Source: Balanoglossus misakiensis (taxonomy: Eukaryota; Animalia; Hemichordata). Taken from it: 64,000 nucleotides of DNA. Position numbers and translations under genes: made by a program. The notes under the pieces are model-generated. The model did not search any database and was not told where the DNA came from. It worked only from the letters and a program-made list of their open reading frames with translations. Below are positions 1-36,600 of the stretch, one piece after another; positions within the stretch are counted from its first letter, which is position 1, and each line of letters opens with the position of its first letter. The DNA lies in NCBI GenBank assembly GCA_040954595.2, contig CM082583.2:3977060-4041059 (forward strand). Reading direction: 5' to 3'.

Positions 1-42
1 CTGTGGTTTTTAAACTCTCACTTCTTATTCAATTCTTAACAG

Positions 43-1253
43 TCCTGCTGTAAAGCCTATGAATACATGGGATTTATAATGGAGAAAGAGCAATCATACA
101 AAGATGCAGCGATGAACTACGAAAAAGCGTGGAAATATGGCAACCAGAACAGTCCTACTATTGGTGAGTTCAATTTTTTGAATACCGTAGTTACACTTTT
201 TCATGTTTCCATATCAAAAATCATGATTTTAATTTGCTCAAATGTGTTTTCTGCTATTTTTCCCTTTCCCCATTTGTGAATTTCCTGCTCATTTTCGAAT
301 ATTTGGTCAAAAACTCTTCTCTGCCTAGTTGGTCTGAAATTTTGTTTAAGGATATCTTTTTATTATTTATTTTTTGTATGAGGATACATAAAGATTAGCA
401 CTATGACGATATTATGAGGTTATTACGAAAATACCGCAAAGTATGCACGAGGACATTAGCGCCAAGTATCGCCCGATGCGTAGCGGAGGGCGATGCGCTG
501 CGCTAATGTCCGAGTGCATACTTTGTGGTATTTTCGTAATAACCTTATTATTATACATCTTACATCTCCGTTAGTTCTTGTGTTGCATGTTATTTGGCTT
601 TCAAAATGCCCAAAATGCCGATACAATCGATCGAAAACCGCTCAGTTGACTCAGTGAGCAGCCATCTTTCTTTTTTGATTACGTGCGTTGGAGTGGGGGT
701 GTCTTGAAACCGTCCGCATAACAACGCATACCTGTACACCGTGAGTTGGGGCGCCTTGAAACTTAGGACGTATTTAACACGCGTTCCGTACGTACCGTTC
801 CGTACGGCTTTTTATTGCACGCCAAAATCTATTGTTCTCGGCACTAGATGTATAATAATACAAAAATACTGCATGCATGCATGAGGACATTTGGCCGCGT
901 TTCACCTGACACATAGCCGAGGACCATTTGTCTGATTGATATGAAATGTGATTTGGAGGGTCCTTGGTATGCCCCTGTATAGATGTGCAATAACGAATAC
1001 AAAATCAGTATTGTATTTTGGGGAACATTTTTTTGCTCTTTTGGCATCCTATTCCTTAAAGTTTTAAATCACCTGATTATTCAAACTTTTTTTGGTTTCA
1101 TCTACAGGTTACAAGCTTGCATTCAACTACTTAAAGGCTAAGCGATATGTGGATGCTATTGACGTTTGCCACCGAGTACTAGCAACACATGCCAACTATC
1201 CAAAGATGAGAAAAGATATCTTGGATAAAGCAAGAGGACTGATCAGAGTCTAA
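43..1253 (+). CDS. TTC21B: Tetratricopeptide repeat protein 21B / IFT139, last two exons (43-163, 1108-1253); gene starts upstream of the window
   Basis: The spliced translation [41 protein letters not shown]|[47 protein letters not shown] matches the conserved TTC21B C-terminus. Splice sites are canonical AG/GT with a phase-1 junction; stop TAA at 1251-1253. Confidence 0.95.
413..858. mobile_element. Non-autonomous hairpin-type repeat (family H1), full copy in a TTC21B intron
   Basis: Near-identical to 56035-56481. It has a long internal inverted repeat (GGTTATTACGAAAATACC...GGTATTTTCGTAATAACC) followed by a second IR pair (TTATTATACATCT ... AGATGTATAATAA). Confidence 0.85.
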
Positions 1254-2440
1254 AGATTATTTCTGTTTGTAATATGTGCTATTCACAGTGGGTTCTCACT
1301 AAGTGAAAGTAAATTGCAGATTTGTTCAAGTCATGGCTTGCATTATGGCTACTGGGATAGTCAAATATAGCTGCAAGCCATTCTGGATCCAAATATCTGA
1401 AACTTACGGTAGTATGGGATCTACTGCACTATGCACTCTGTTTGACAGAGAACTGTATCTCCTATTAAGTACATTTAGAGACAAAACCGTGATGGAGGTA
1501 GAGGTGACAGGGGCATACATCTATTGTCTTCTCTGGGTTAAAGTTGAGATGAAATGAAATGTTACCCTGTTAATTAGCTTCTTGTCTTTCCATACTCTTC
1601 ATAATTGATAATTAATGACCTGCATTGTTCCCTGACAGGCAAACCGGCTATTTTCAAATTTGCCCCAAAAGTAAACAAATTTGATGATTTAAGAGTTCAA
1701 AGTTGATTTTTTGTCATCAATACAATTGTGCAAAGTTTTGACCTAAGTGCCTTACTATGGGAATTGTAGAAGGGATCAGTCAAACTTACAAGATTTGTAC
1801 TTTTGTCCACTATCATCTGCAGAAAAGATTGATTTTACCTGGAAACCAAGGTTTAGGAGATATTTTAAGCATTGGTAGTCATTACCAAATTCTGTGGAGC
1901 AGTTATAAAGTAATTGGGTGCTGTTCATAGGATATCACCATGAAACCATTTGACAAAGTGCATTTTTACCATATCTTAGAACTGTTCTACTTGAACATTA
2001 AAACCTAATCTGTGCTTGTGACTGACTGGGAACCTATTGTGTATAGTTTTGAACTTGTATGAAATTTGATGTACATATATAGAAGCTAAGATGTTTTATT
2101 TAAAACTGCACTCATTTCATTTCTATAACAGCATCAATGGTATGAAAATCCTTGTGTCACATTCGTATTATCTTTCTCATTCAAAGAAACCTGGACTTTG
2201 AAGTCTTCAGTTTAAACTTAATTCATATCAAAATGGCTGTTTCAGCATAGTCTTGTAAATTTTCTTCTATTGACATATGACTTTTATATATGTTAAGTGT
2301 GTCCTTTATGTCAATGGCTTTGAAATAGGCATGAATGGAAATTTGTGTCAGTGGATGTGTTGATGAAATAAAACTGAATTGACAAAAGCTGTCGGAGTAC
2401 TTGGCACTAGCAACCACCACAATATTCTCATCACAAAATG

Positions 2441-2844
2441 TTTTATAGATCTGTAACTGAATGTAAAGTCAAGAATTCAGACACTTGTACAGTGATGTTT
2501 AAAGTAGAACATGAATTTTATTGTTTGACATTAAAATTACATTGGCAATATACAAATGTACTTCCAGTTCTCGACTTCGGTTTTTTTCCTTATTTGTTTG
2601 TCTGTCTGGCAGTGAAGGCAGTCTCATAAAAATGATAAATGGCCATTAGGTATTGGGGATTACTAGAGAAGGATGCCCATTACACAAACTGACATGAAAC
2701 AATTTTTCAAAAATGATTAATGGAACCAACAAGTCAAATTTGGTACTACACATGTTTTGATTTAGTGTTGATGCAATATGATACAAGCAGGAGTTGTAGT
2801 TGTACAATGAACTTGGACTGGCTGGATGTTTGCAGACAGCAATA
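2441..2844 (+). repeat. Diverged direct repeat, copy A (partner 31921-32209)
   Basis: The blocks TATAGATCTGTAA.TGAATGTAAAGTCAAG...CATTGGCAATATAC and TCAAATTT.GTAC...GCAGACAGCAATA recur in the same order and orientation at 31921-32209. Confidence 0.85.
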
Positions 2845-4679
2845 CCTACAGTGTATTTCGTGTAGGGTGAAACGTGTCTTTTCGACAATATTTATTTCAA
2901 TACAGAACTTGTTTAGAGTATCACTTAAAAATGTGTGCTCTATTCCTCATCTAATAAAAATGGTGATTATGACGACGATGAATAATATTGGTGGTGGTTA
3001 ATCAGAGAAACTTAAAGATTTTATTGTTCATGGCAATATATGTATATCATATTGAAGACAATAACCACATACAAAGTAAATGTAAAACGGATCTTGAAAG
3101 GAAGACCATTGGGAACTTTGTTAGTGAATATTAAAACATGGCGGAAAGTACATAAACACAAACTGAGGATGCAGCCACAACCTTATGTATGAAAACATTT
3201 TTACTGGACCAAACCATGTACGTATATTTCGAATTCACTCATCAGGTTAGTTGTATTGTGGGCGTTGGAATGATTTTATAATTCTTAATCTCTACGTTTT
3301 GCTCGACATGCTGTAAACCACTCGAAGCCAGAGGCCGAATGTGGTTCACAATACGTCATCCAGTTTATATCAAATCACGTGATTAAGTTTGCAAGTTGGC
3401 GACAGCAAAGAATTGTCCTTCTGGCAATAAAATACAACGTACCAAAGAAAGCTACGTTTACTGCCTGAGTGAACAGTATTTTCGCGACAAAGACAAGTAG
3501 TTCACTCTTATCAGGGTAGTCTGTTAGAGACACATTCAAATGCGAGATATCAGATGTGAAGAAATCTTTAAAGTAAGCCTATAAACACCATGCAGAAACG
3601 GTACTTGAAAAGTTGTGGAGTATTGACTATTTCTTCAAGTACCTTTGCGTGAAAGACACTTCACAAAACACACCGCACTTGATGAGAACATATTATTCTT
3701 GGGACTTTGAAGCAATAAATCAAATCTATGACTTTCGATAGATAACGCACGACGCTATTCTCGAATAGAGATTTCTTTATTTTCTAAACAATGTAAAACA
3801 GATTGTTGAAGGAAGCAAAGATGATTGTCATAACAAATACACGGTGTAATCTTGGGTGGAATCTAATATCATGAATATGGCTAAGTGGTTATAGCGCTCT
3901 CGCTGTGTTTTTCTCAATACATTTTTTAAGATGCGGTAAATTATTTGTGTTGCTTGTCATGTTGTTCTCACATATAGACAGATATGATAAGCAAACCGCG
4001 GGCTATAAATGCACTGTCGTCTTGCAAACTACTAGTATTTAAGTTTAATGCCGTATGCCAAATAGCAACTATCATTGTCATACGTGGCCATAATAACCAC
4101 ACCCAATCGAAGCGGCTTGCAAGACAAGAAATTTTGTCAAAAGTTTGCCCACATTTCGTCATTGAATAAGAAACGTGCTGGCAGGCGTCCAGGCGCGTGC
4201 GGTCGGAGCACCCGCAGACGACTGTGACGACTGAATCTGTCCGCTGAAACACAATACTATGCCCTGCAGATAAAAGATGTACACTGACAATAATCCTTTG
4301 ATCATATTCCATCGGAATCGCGTGCAGAATCTCAAACAGCATAAAATCGTATATATATGGTTGCAAATGAATAATTTGCAACATCTATCACTGACGTAAG
4401 TCATTAATCTTTTAAGTTTCCCCCTCGGTGATAGAGAAGAAATTTAATAAAGGATATCGCGTGTTTCATTCGCCTCGAATAAATTAAACAAGTCGCGACG
4501 TTGCAATCAACAATTACAGACACATGTTAAAAGATAAACGTTCAAAACGAAAACGCGACAACTCACTCTATGTACTAAGACCTCGAGAAATGATATGTTA
4601 AATGTATTTCATGACTTCCTTTGATAAAAAAAACTTCTACCCTAAGGCTTGTAGATATTAAACTTATTCAACTGTTTTT

Positions 4680-4829
4680 TCAAATTTTATTTTTTTCTGT
4701 TACAAAGTTTCAGAATGGCCCAGTATAACTTTAGCTTATAAACTTCCATTTCTTAAACATGACAAAAATCGGTCATCTTGAAATTGTGATTTTCATCACT
4801 CACTTAGGTAGCAAAAACCTATTTAAGGT
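4680..4829 (-). mobile_element. Partial MITE of the CCTTAAATAGGTT family
   Basis: Reverse complement of the left arms of the copies at 30182 and 31671; ends AAAACCTATTTAAGG. Confidence 0.7.
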
Positions 4830-5182
4830 AGTGAGAATTAATCGAGTGTCCCTCCTGGTTTATAAAAAGAAATTGTCTACATGACGTACTTCGCTTTTAA
4901 TGTCAAACTGATAGCCTATTTAATAATAATAATTATAATAATAGCAATATTAATAATTTCTACAGTGGACACATATATAAGTCTGTTCAACGCCAGATCT
5001 CCGAACATTTCTCATGTGGTGTACATACACCTGAGTCAGTTTTCTCCAATCAACTCCAGACCGCCGAACATTCAGCTGCACTACTGAAGACACACAGAGA
5101 CGGATGAGAAACTTGCAGCTCTCTCCAGAGAACGTGTGAGAGACTACAGATCAACCCGCTCTTACAACTCAAACGAGGCGCC

Positions 5183-30158
<24,976 letters not shown>

Positions 30159-30181
30159 AACACCTGACACAATTCCCCCGA

Positions 30182-30523
30182 CCTTAAATAGGTTTTGGCT
30201 ACCTAGGTGGGTGATAAAAGTCTCACATGGTCGACACATTTTCAAGATGGCCGATTTTTGCCATGTTTAAGGAATAGGAGTTCATAAGCTAAAGTGATGA
30301 TGGGTCATTCTGAAACTTGTTAATAGAAAAAATAACAAAATGTGAAAAAAGTTTAATGAGTTTAATATGGTAACTACAAAGACAGACATGTTTGACCCAA
30401 GGAAGTCATGAAATACAGTAAACATATCATTTCTTCTATCTCTTACTACAGTGGGTTGTCGACTTTTCGACCAGAATGCAATGTGATTTGACCCCCTAGC
30501 CCAAAGTGAAAACCTATTTAAGG
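30182..30523. mobile_element. MITE with CCTTAAATAGGTTTT terminal inverted repeats, just after the GPCR stop codon
   Basis: CCTTAAATAGGTTTT ... AAAACCTATTTAAGG; relatives at 4680-4829 (inverted) and 31671-31880. Confidence 0.75.
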
Positions 30524-30682
30524 CAGCCACAATTGACAACAGACGGCATTCATGCATGATGGAACGCTGTTTCACCCCAAACGTAATACCGGTATAGTAT
30601 TGTTTTCCTCCATGTTCAATTTTCACACAAGCTTTCCAAATACAGGCAGCGATCAACCCGGCGTCATGCAATTCTCGTTACT

Positions 30683-31676
30683 TTAAGGTAGTTGGAAAGG
30701 CTAGGGCGTCAGTTAAAATTTCATTTAAAAACACTGAATTTATATCTAGAAATGTATTAGAGAAAAATTAAACTCATGAAAAATTCGGGGCAATAAACGT
30801 GTAACAAGATATGGCTGGTTTTATTATACCTAATTTCATACATCTGGCAAGGAAGCTAGGGAGCCTTATTTGAGCGCCCTCTAGGGGAAGACTTCTCCTA
30901 GGCTATGCGCACAAGGACGGGTTCCCCTAGCCAAGGGCATTTAAATGTAACTTGCAAACACTGATTCTTGCAATTTTCAACGATAGATAACCTTGCTTGT
31001 TTATTAAAGGCTGCCAAATTATGGACATTTTTGCATTTCTAGGGAACCCGAAAAGCCAGCGGAAAAGCGTTTGACCCAGATAAATGCGATCCTTCGCCGT
31101 GAACTGCCGCTAAACTTTGCGTATTTCGCTACTTTTCTGCCCTTCGCCATAATGTAATGGTTTTTATTTGTGATTGAATTGGTATGCCAGATAATTTTTT
31201 TATCATGAAACTTTCAGGAAAGGCTCGGGACATCCCAAAGAACAATTTTACGGGACAGTTTTTTCATAAGTTTTCCCGTTGTGTTTTGGCAGCACGTTAA
31301 AGTTGTATACAAAATATCAACAAAAACTGTGTTTTCCTGAGTGATAACTTTGAAAAAAATAAGTTTATGCTGAAAGTGTCCCGTACATTGCTGGAGGGGT
31401 TGCTTAATATTAAAATGAATACAAATTATTCAATAATTTGTGAAAACATGTCAAGATTCAATCAATATTTTGTAAAATTATGAATATTTATATTTAGGCG
31501 TATCAAATTTCATAATTTTAGCAGATATTTTTACAGTCATATTTTTCCCTCACTTTTGAGTTTGTTAAGAATACATGCCGCAAATTTCAAGTCATTATCT
31601 TTATTCTAACTTGTGAAAATAAATTCACAAACATTGAGAGAATTTGCTTCAAAAATAGCCTTTCCAACTACCTTAA
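30683..31676. mobile_element. Non-autonomous DNA transposon of about 990 bp with TTAA TSD and 17-bp TIR
   Basis: TTAA-GGTAGTTGGAAAGGCTA ... TAGCCTTTCCAACTACC-TTAA; no long ORF. Confidence 0.85.
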
Positions 31677-31920
31677 ATAGGTTAATGCTACCTAGGTGAG
31701 TGATGAAAATCTCGTATGGTCGACACAATTTCAAGATGGCCGATTTTTGCCATATTTAAGAAATGAAAGTTCATATAAGCTAAAGTGATACTGGTCATTC
31801 TGAAACCATGTAAAAAAATAAAAAATGTGAAAAAATATCTGTTTTGGGGGTGACTCACAGTCCCTTGGGTTACAGACATATGCTGTTGCCCCCATAGCCA
31901 GTCAATTTGTGTATAATTTT

Positions 31921-32209
31921 ATATAGATCTGTAATTGAATGTAAAGTCAAGTTTTCGGACACTTGTACAGTGATGTTTACAGTAGAACATGAATTTTATT
32001 GTTTGAAATTAAAATTACATTGGCAATATACTTCAATTCTCGATTAACAGTTATTTTTTTCTTTTTTATTTGTCTGTCTTGCAACATGCATCTATCCACT
32101 TGCCGGATCAAATTTAGTACACATGTTTTGATTTAGTGTTGACGCAATATGATACAAGCAGGAGTTGTAGTAGTACAATGAACTGACTGAATGTTTGCAG
32201 ACAGCAATA
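31921..32209 (+). repeat. Diverged direct repeat, copy B (partner 2441-2844)
   Basis: See copy A. About 100 bp in the middle of copy A is missing or replaced here. Confidence 0.85.
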
Positions 32210-33683
32210 ACAGTATATAAGTTTTGCCACATTCATTGCTAATGCTGATAATTATGGTGTAATGACTAAATTGGCAATTGAACTGGCAAAGAAAAGTTTC
32301 CAAAACAATTACCAACAATTTTAAAGTTGATCCAATATTGGGTGTTAAATCTCATCACACAGAATAGCCTAACTGCAATATTGTAGCCTTGGTGGACTGG
32401 TTTGTTGATATGATTTTGTATCAAAACATTTGTAACTGAATTAAACCATCCAACTCAATCGTTTAGTCCCTATTAAGGACATTTTTTTTTTAAAGACAAC
32501 AGTTGCAATTAGAATAGAACACTACCTGTGTATTAAATGTATACAGTCAATTATGCAAATTTAGCTACAATTTTCATGCCAAATAGAGATCAATTAAGCC
32601 AATCATAGTTTTTCAGTGGGTGGCACGTACACCATATGTTCTTTAGAATATGCCATTTTTGCCGTTTATGGACATACAAATGTATGTAAACTGCACTGGA
32701 GGTGACCATGTACCTCTAAGAACACTCTTAACGTTTTTCTGTTCCAGAAGGTTCACTGTATATAGGTTGGCTGCTAGACTTTGCTAGGGGGCGCAGCCTG
32801 TGATGACGACAAAAGGTGAAGTGGCATTCTCATTATTCTTGTGGCCTTCTGTGATATATGGGCGGTGCGCCCCGTCCATTGTTGTTGTTTTTCATAGTTA
32901 CTCGGGCTGTTGATATAAATACACGAAGAAGAAGGAGGGTCCAAATAACAAAAACATATATTGAGCAAATGCAGAGTGAATTCCGGTTAGAATTTCTACA
33001 CAGTGTGGAAGTATCGGTTGATTAATCTCAAGGTAAGTGTTCAGAGTTAAAAGCTTGACCTCGTGTGACCTCCATTCTGTTCTACAATTCTGCGTAACGT
33101 ACGCAAATGCAGACATAGTTGACCGTAATGTGGATATCAGACCATCTTATAAAGTGATAGTAATTTTTGAACTAGCCACATGGCATGGCAACTGACAATT
33201 TTCCTTTCACCAATGCCAAATATTAGTGCTGCCGTGTTGTAATCTAGTGGCACTATCTTTAATGGCCCAGTATTCTTGTGTTGCGTCCTTGTGCCCGCCC
33301 GCACACACACTAGACCAGTACAGGCCTTCTTCTGGTTGTGTGAATGAAAGTAATTTTTTAGCGGTTATTTTATATGATTAGAAATTTGATATAATTATTG
33401 AGATTTGCAATCTTTTAGAAGCACAGATTGGAGCATATTCAGCTGTTTAACCTTCCCTAAATACGGTATAACAAATATCATGGACCAGGCAAAGCAGGTC
33501 AAGGCCATAGAGCTAATAGCCTCTGTCGCATGGAGGGTTTTTGATGTTTTAGTGCTTGTTAATTGCCCAAGTTTTTTCACTCTTGCAAAATTACATTTTC
33601 AAATATCATTTTTGTCATTTGTCAACTAATTTAATAATTGTGGATTCTTTCCTTTCAGTACTCCGGGTGTTTGAAATGCAACC

Positions 33684-36600
33684 ATGGCTACTAGTATGAT
33701 TGACGAAGACCCAACAAGGACAGACAACATCGGTTGCAAGGCTAAGATAATGAAACTTGCAAAAGAGTTGAAAGGCATCATGACAGGGAGTCAAGATGGT
33801 GACCGGGAGACTGAAGTGAAGCATCTCATGGACGCCATTGATGTGGGAAATGGTCTTGTGCAAACATGTGTTCAGATTTGTTCCTCCTTGATGACAGCCA
33901 TTGATGAATTAGCCATTGCTGTGAACGCGGTGTTAGATGATGTGAACCAGAAAATCCCTGCAAGCAGTGAAGAATTATCACCCAGTGATGGTAAGTTTAT
34001 AGCAAAATCAATGTACCGGGGTTTACTGAGAGTTCGCCCACCCGTAAGGGCGCCCACAGGCGGTTATTTGGGGGTGTGGGGGGCGTTATTTAGAATATCA
34101 CTTTGAACTCGTTCAAGAAATAGTGTTTCACAATACTGTACCCTTCACTTATCATCATTTCAATGATTTCAATGAGTGTCAACTAACTAACAACTGCATT
34201 TAGCTAAATGGTAAATAAAATTTTCTGTCGATTAACGGCCCTGGGCGGTTAATTAGCTCTACATGTACATAATTAGCTCTACAATGTAGCCATTTTCTGT
34301 ATAACTGCCCTGGGCGAACTCTCAGTAAACCCTGGTATTTTCATTGTTCTGGTGTAATTTGCTATGTTTCCCAAGCTGTGTTCAAACAAGGTTGTATATT
34401 TTCAATGGGAATGATGAGTAATGGTTCTACAGAGGGAATTTAAATCTACAGAACTTGTAAACATGACTGTCATCAACATTCCCTGACATAAAACATCCTA
34501 TAGATATCTACATAATAGAATACTGCAGTTAGGTGTGCTGCAAACCACACATGCAGACAACTATAGTTGTCCAAGAAAATGTCAAACTCTTATACCACTT
34601 TCTTTTCTATCCATAATTGTTTCTTACAGCTGAAGATTCTGCCTTGAAGCAACTGATCAAAACAGCTGAAACATTCTTGAAACTGACACAAGAAGCTCTG
34701 AGCCAAGCAGGGTCTACCAAACAAATGGCGTCTGCAATCGCCAACGTTTCCACAGCTATCTCGAGTGACTTAGCCAGTGCTGATAAGTTGGCTGAAGAGA
34801 GTGTATCAGAAGCCAATCAACTTATTGACAGATGCACAGCGTATTCTGACAAATTAAAAGTTGAGATGAGAGTCGTAGAGGAAACCGTTAAAATGGCGCG
34901 CACTGCGATGAGTAAACCAGACGCAGATGATGGCACGACGGAATTGGACGAGTCTGCTTTTGAGAGCGCATGTGAGGAGGCCAAGGACGTTCTCGATGAT
35001 GTGACTACAGCTGTGGAGGATCTGGAAAAGACAGTGAAGACATTAAGACAGGCAGTTGATGAAGAGCGAAGCCCAGTCTATGGAACAAAAATCAGACAAG
35101 CCACCGAAGAAACCAAGGAGTCTCTCAACCACGCGGAAATAATGCAGCAGCTTTTGGACAAAGCTGCAGGGAAAATAAAGGAACTTATTCGAGGTATTCA
35201 AGACAAACATCAGGAAGAGACCTCGGCCAAAGTGAAGTCAGAGCTTGGTGAAATCAGTAAACGCTTGGAAGAATACCAAAGCCAACTGAATTATGCTCAA
35301 GGTATCATCAATACGGTGTCACAAATAGCTGAGCTGGAAGATGCAGACGATGATCTTAAGAAGATCATAGAAAATGTAATGGTTTCAGCTGATGATTCAA
35401 GGGTCCTTATTCTACCAGCCAGGAAAGCCGTACAAGAATTGGAAGAAAAACTAGAGGATACAGAAGACATATCGGAAATAAATCTCGTTGAATTAGAAAG
35501 ACTTTGCGAGGACTGTGGTCCTAAATGTGAAAAGGCAAGGAAGGGAGCAAAGGCAACTGAAATGAAAATGTATAAATTCATCCAGTCCGATCCAAACAGG
35601 CAGAAGGCTGAAGATGCTTATCAGAGGGCGAAAACCGTTATTGAAGAAACGTTAAAAGTCGTCAAAATCGTTACTGAAGCTGCAGTTGAAATTCTCGGAA
35701 AGAGTGGTGACCCTGGCAACGGTGAGGCGGCAGAGAAGATGGCCGAGTCGACAAATGGAGAAGCTGGAGGTCACAGCCAACCTGTAGAGTATTGGCAAAC
35801 GGAAGAAATGATGAAGTTGGCAGAAAGGACACTTCAAGCAGCCAAGAAAGCAGAGAACGCAGCCTCCAAAACGTCCAAGCTGGCTGATGAATGCCAGAAA
35901 GCTGGGGCAGACACTACAACTTTCATTGATCCAAATCTCATATCCAATCTCACAAGACAAACCAAAGAATGCGAATATGCGATTTTTCTGAGTAGAAGGT
36001 CATCCGATGAACTTGAAGACTCGGATCCAAGGAACTGGCCAGTTTTGGGGTAAGAATTGAAACACAAAAATATACAACATTAAAATGAAGCGGTCGTCGC
36101 GCCGCATTTGTTTGTTTATAAATAATCATTACAATTCATCCACAAAACCCAGAAATTAGAATGAGAATTTTGAAAGGAAATTTTTTTTTTACTTGCTAAC
36201 TTTGGTATCTGCAATTATGACATCTCTTATAGCTTACCTCCAAGGGTGCAGAGTCCTTTGTGTGTTCTGAGAGCTCCAAGACAATTTATGGACAGCAATA
36301 GGAATAAAATCACATGTTCTTATCTGGAACGTTCTCCAGTGAGTCCAGCAGCAGCCAATCAGAAACAGATCAGCATGGTTGTCACTCCACAGTTACTCAG
36401 CACAGGAGTTAGTGAGCTTCCAGTACCTGCGTTCCTTGCCATTAAATACAAATGCGCAAATGACTTTGGTGGTGATATCATTGTCAAGAGCTCAAGAAGC
36501 CGAAAGAAGTGGGCTGTTTTACCCACAATCTCCACTGAAAGATACTTTGATGAGTTTCCTGTAAGTATGACAGCACATCCATTCAAACTATTTTGATAAT

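Noticed and set aside
3968-4404. Overlapping 138/81/61-aa ORFs between TTC21B and the GPCR
   Set aside because: No domain signature, coding bias or consistent exon structure; probably upstream regulatory DNA.
30683-31676. Possible autonomous transposon
   Set aside because: TIRs and TSD are present but there is no ORF of transposase size; it is non-autonomous.
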